Source of the DNA: Candidatus Hydrothermarchaeota archaeon
Lineage (GTDB): Archaea > CAYFZR01
Length of the DNA stretch: 37,148 nucleotides
NCBI GenBank assembly: GCA_046760505.1
Contig: JBHIEG010000019.1
Span: forward strand, 1 to 37,148
Direction: 5' to 3'
The notes under the pieces are model-generated. The model did not search any database. It was not told where the DNA came from and saw nothing but the letters and a program-made list of their open reading frames with translations. Within the stretch, counting starts at the first letter, position 1. Each line of letters starts with the position of its first letter. Positions 36,988 to 37,148 of this stretch are shown here, in pieces. A program made the position numbers and the translations under genes.

Positions 36988-37148
36988 TTCACTACCCCCT
37001 TTTAAACTAAATTTTTATAAATATACTATCTAAGCATAAGATAATTGTCTATTCATAAATAAGATATTTATAGGTAGCGATATTTTTTTGAATAATATAT
37101 ATCTCTCGAATGAAGAATATAATAGATAGATAACTACACGGTAGATAA

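Noticed and set aside
35590-37148. Replication origin near mcm
   Set aside because: No recognisable ORB repeats and no cdc6/orc1 gene in the window.

Overview
Low-GC chromosomal window from an archaeon, probably an anaerobic euryarchaeote-type lineage (archaeal MCM, type IA topoisomerase, single-domain KaiC, IorAB, FrhB-family protein). The exact lineage cannot be fixed from the sequence alone. Housekeeping genes at both ends (topA, sppA, purD; coaD-yjjX fusion, PP-loop ATPase, mcm) flank an aryl-acid metabolism cluster (2x paaK, ACT, liv ABC, iorAB). That cluster is interrupted by a bacterial-type hemE-hemH-hemY operon and followed by a circularly permuted FrhB-family protein. The most unusual part is an AT-rich island of tiny genes (about 26.9-31.4 kb). 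It holds an orphan Tat-exported Rieske protein and an unannotated 34-aa copy of that protein's membrane anchor lacking the twin arginines. It also holds three mosaic winged-helix paralogs with identical recognition helices, a Cys-rich HTH regulator, two unannotated zinc-finger microproteins, an Hfq/Sm-like protein and a repeated ATAA-N5-TTAT palindrome. No rRNA, tRNA, CRISPR array, integrase or transposase was recognised. All family assignments come from motif recognition by eye, not database searches.
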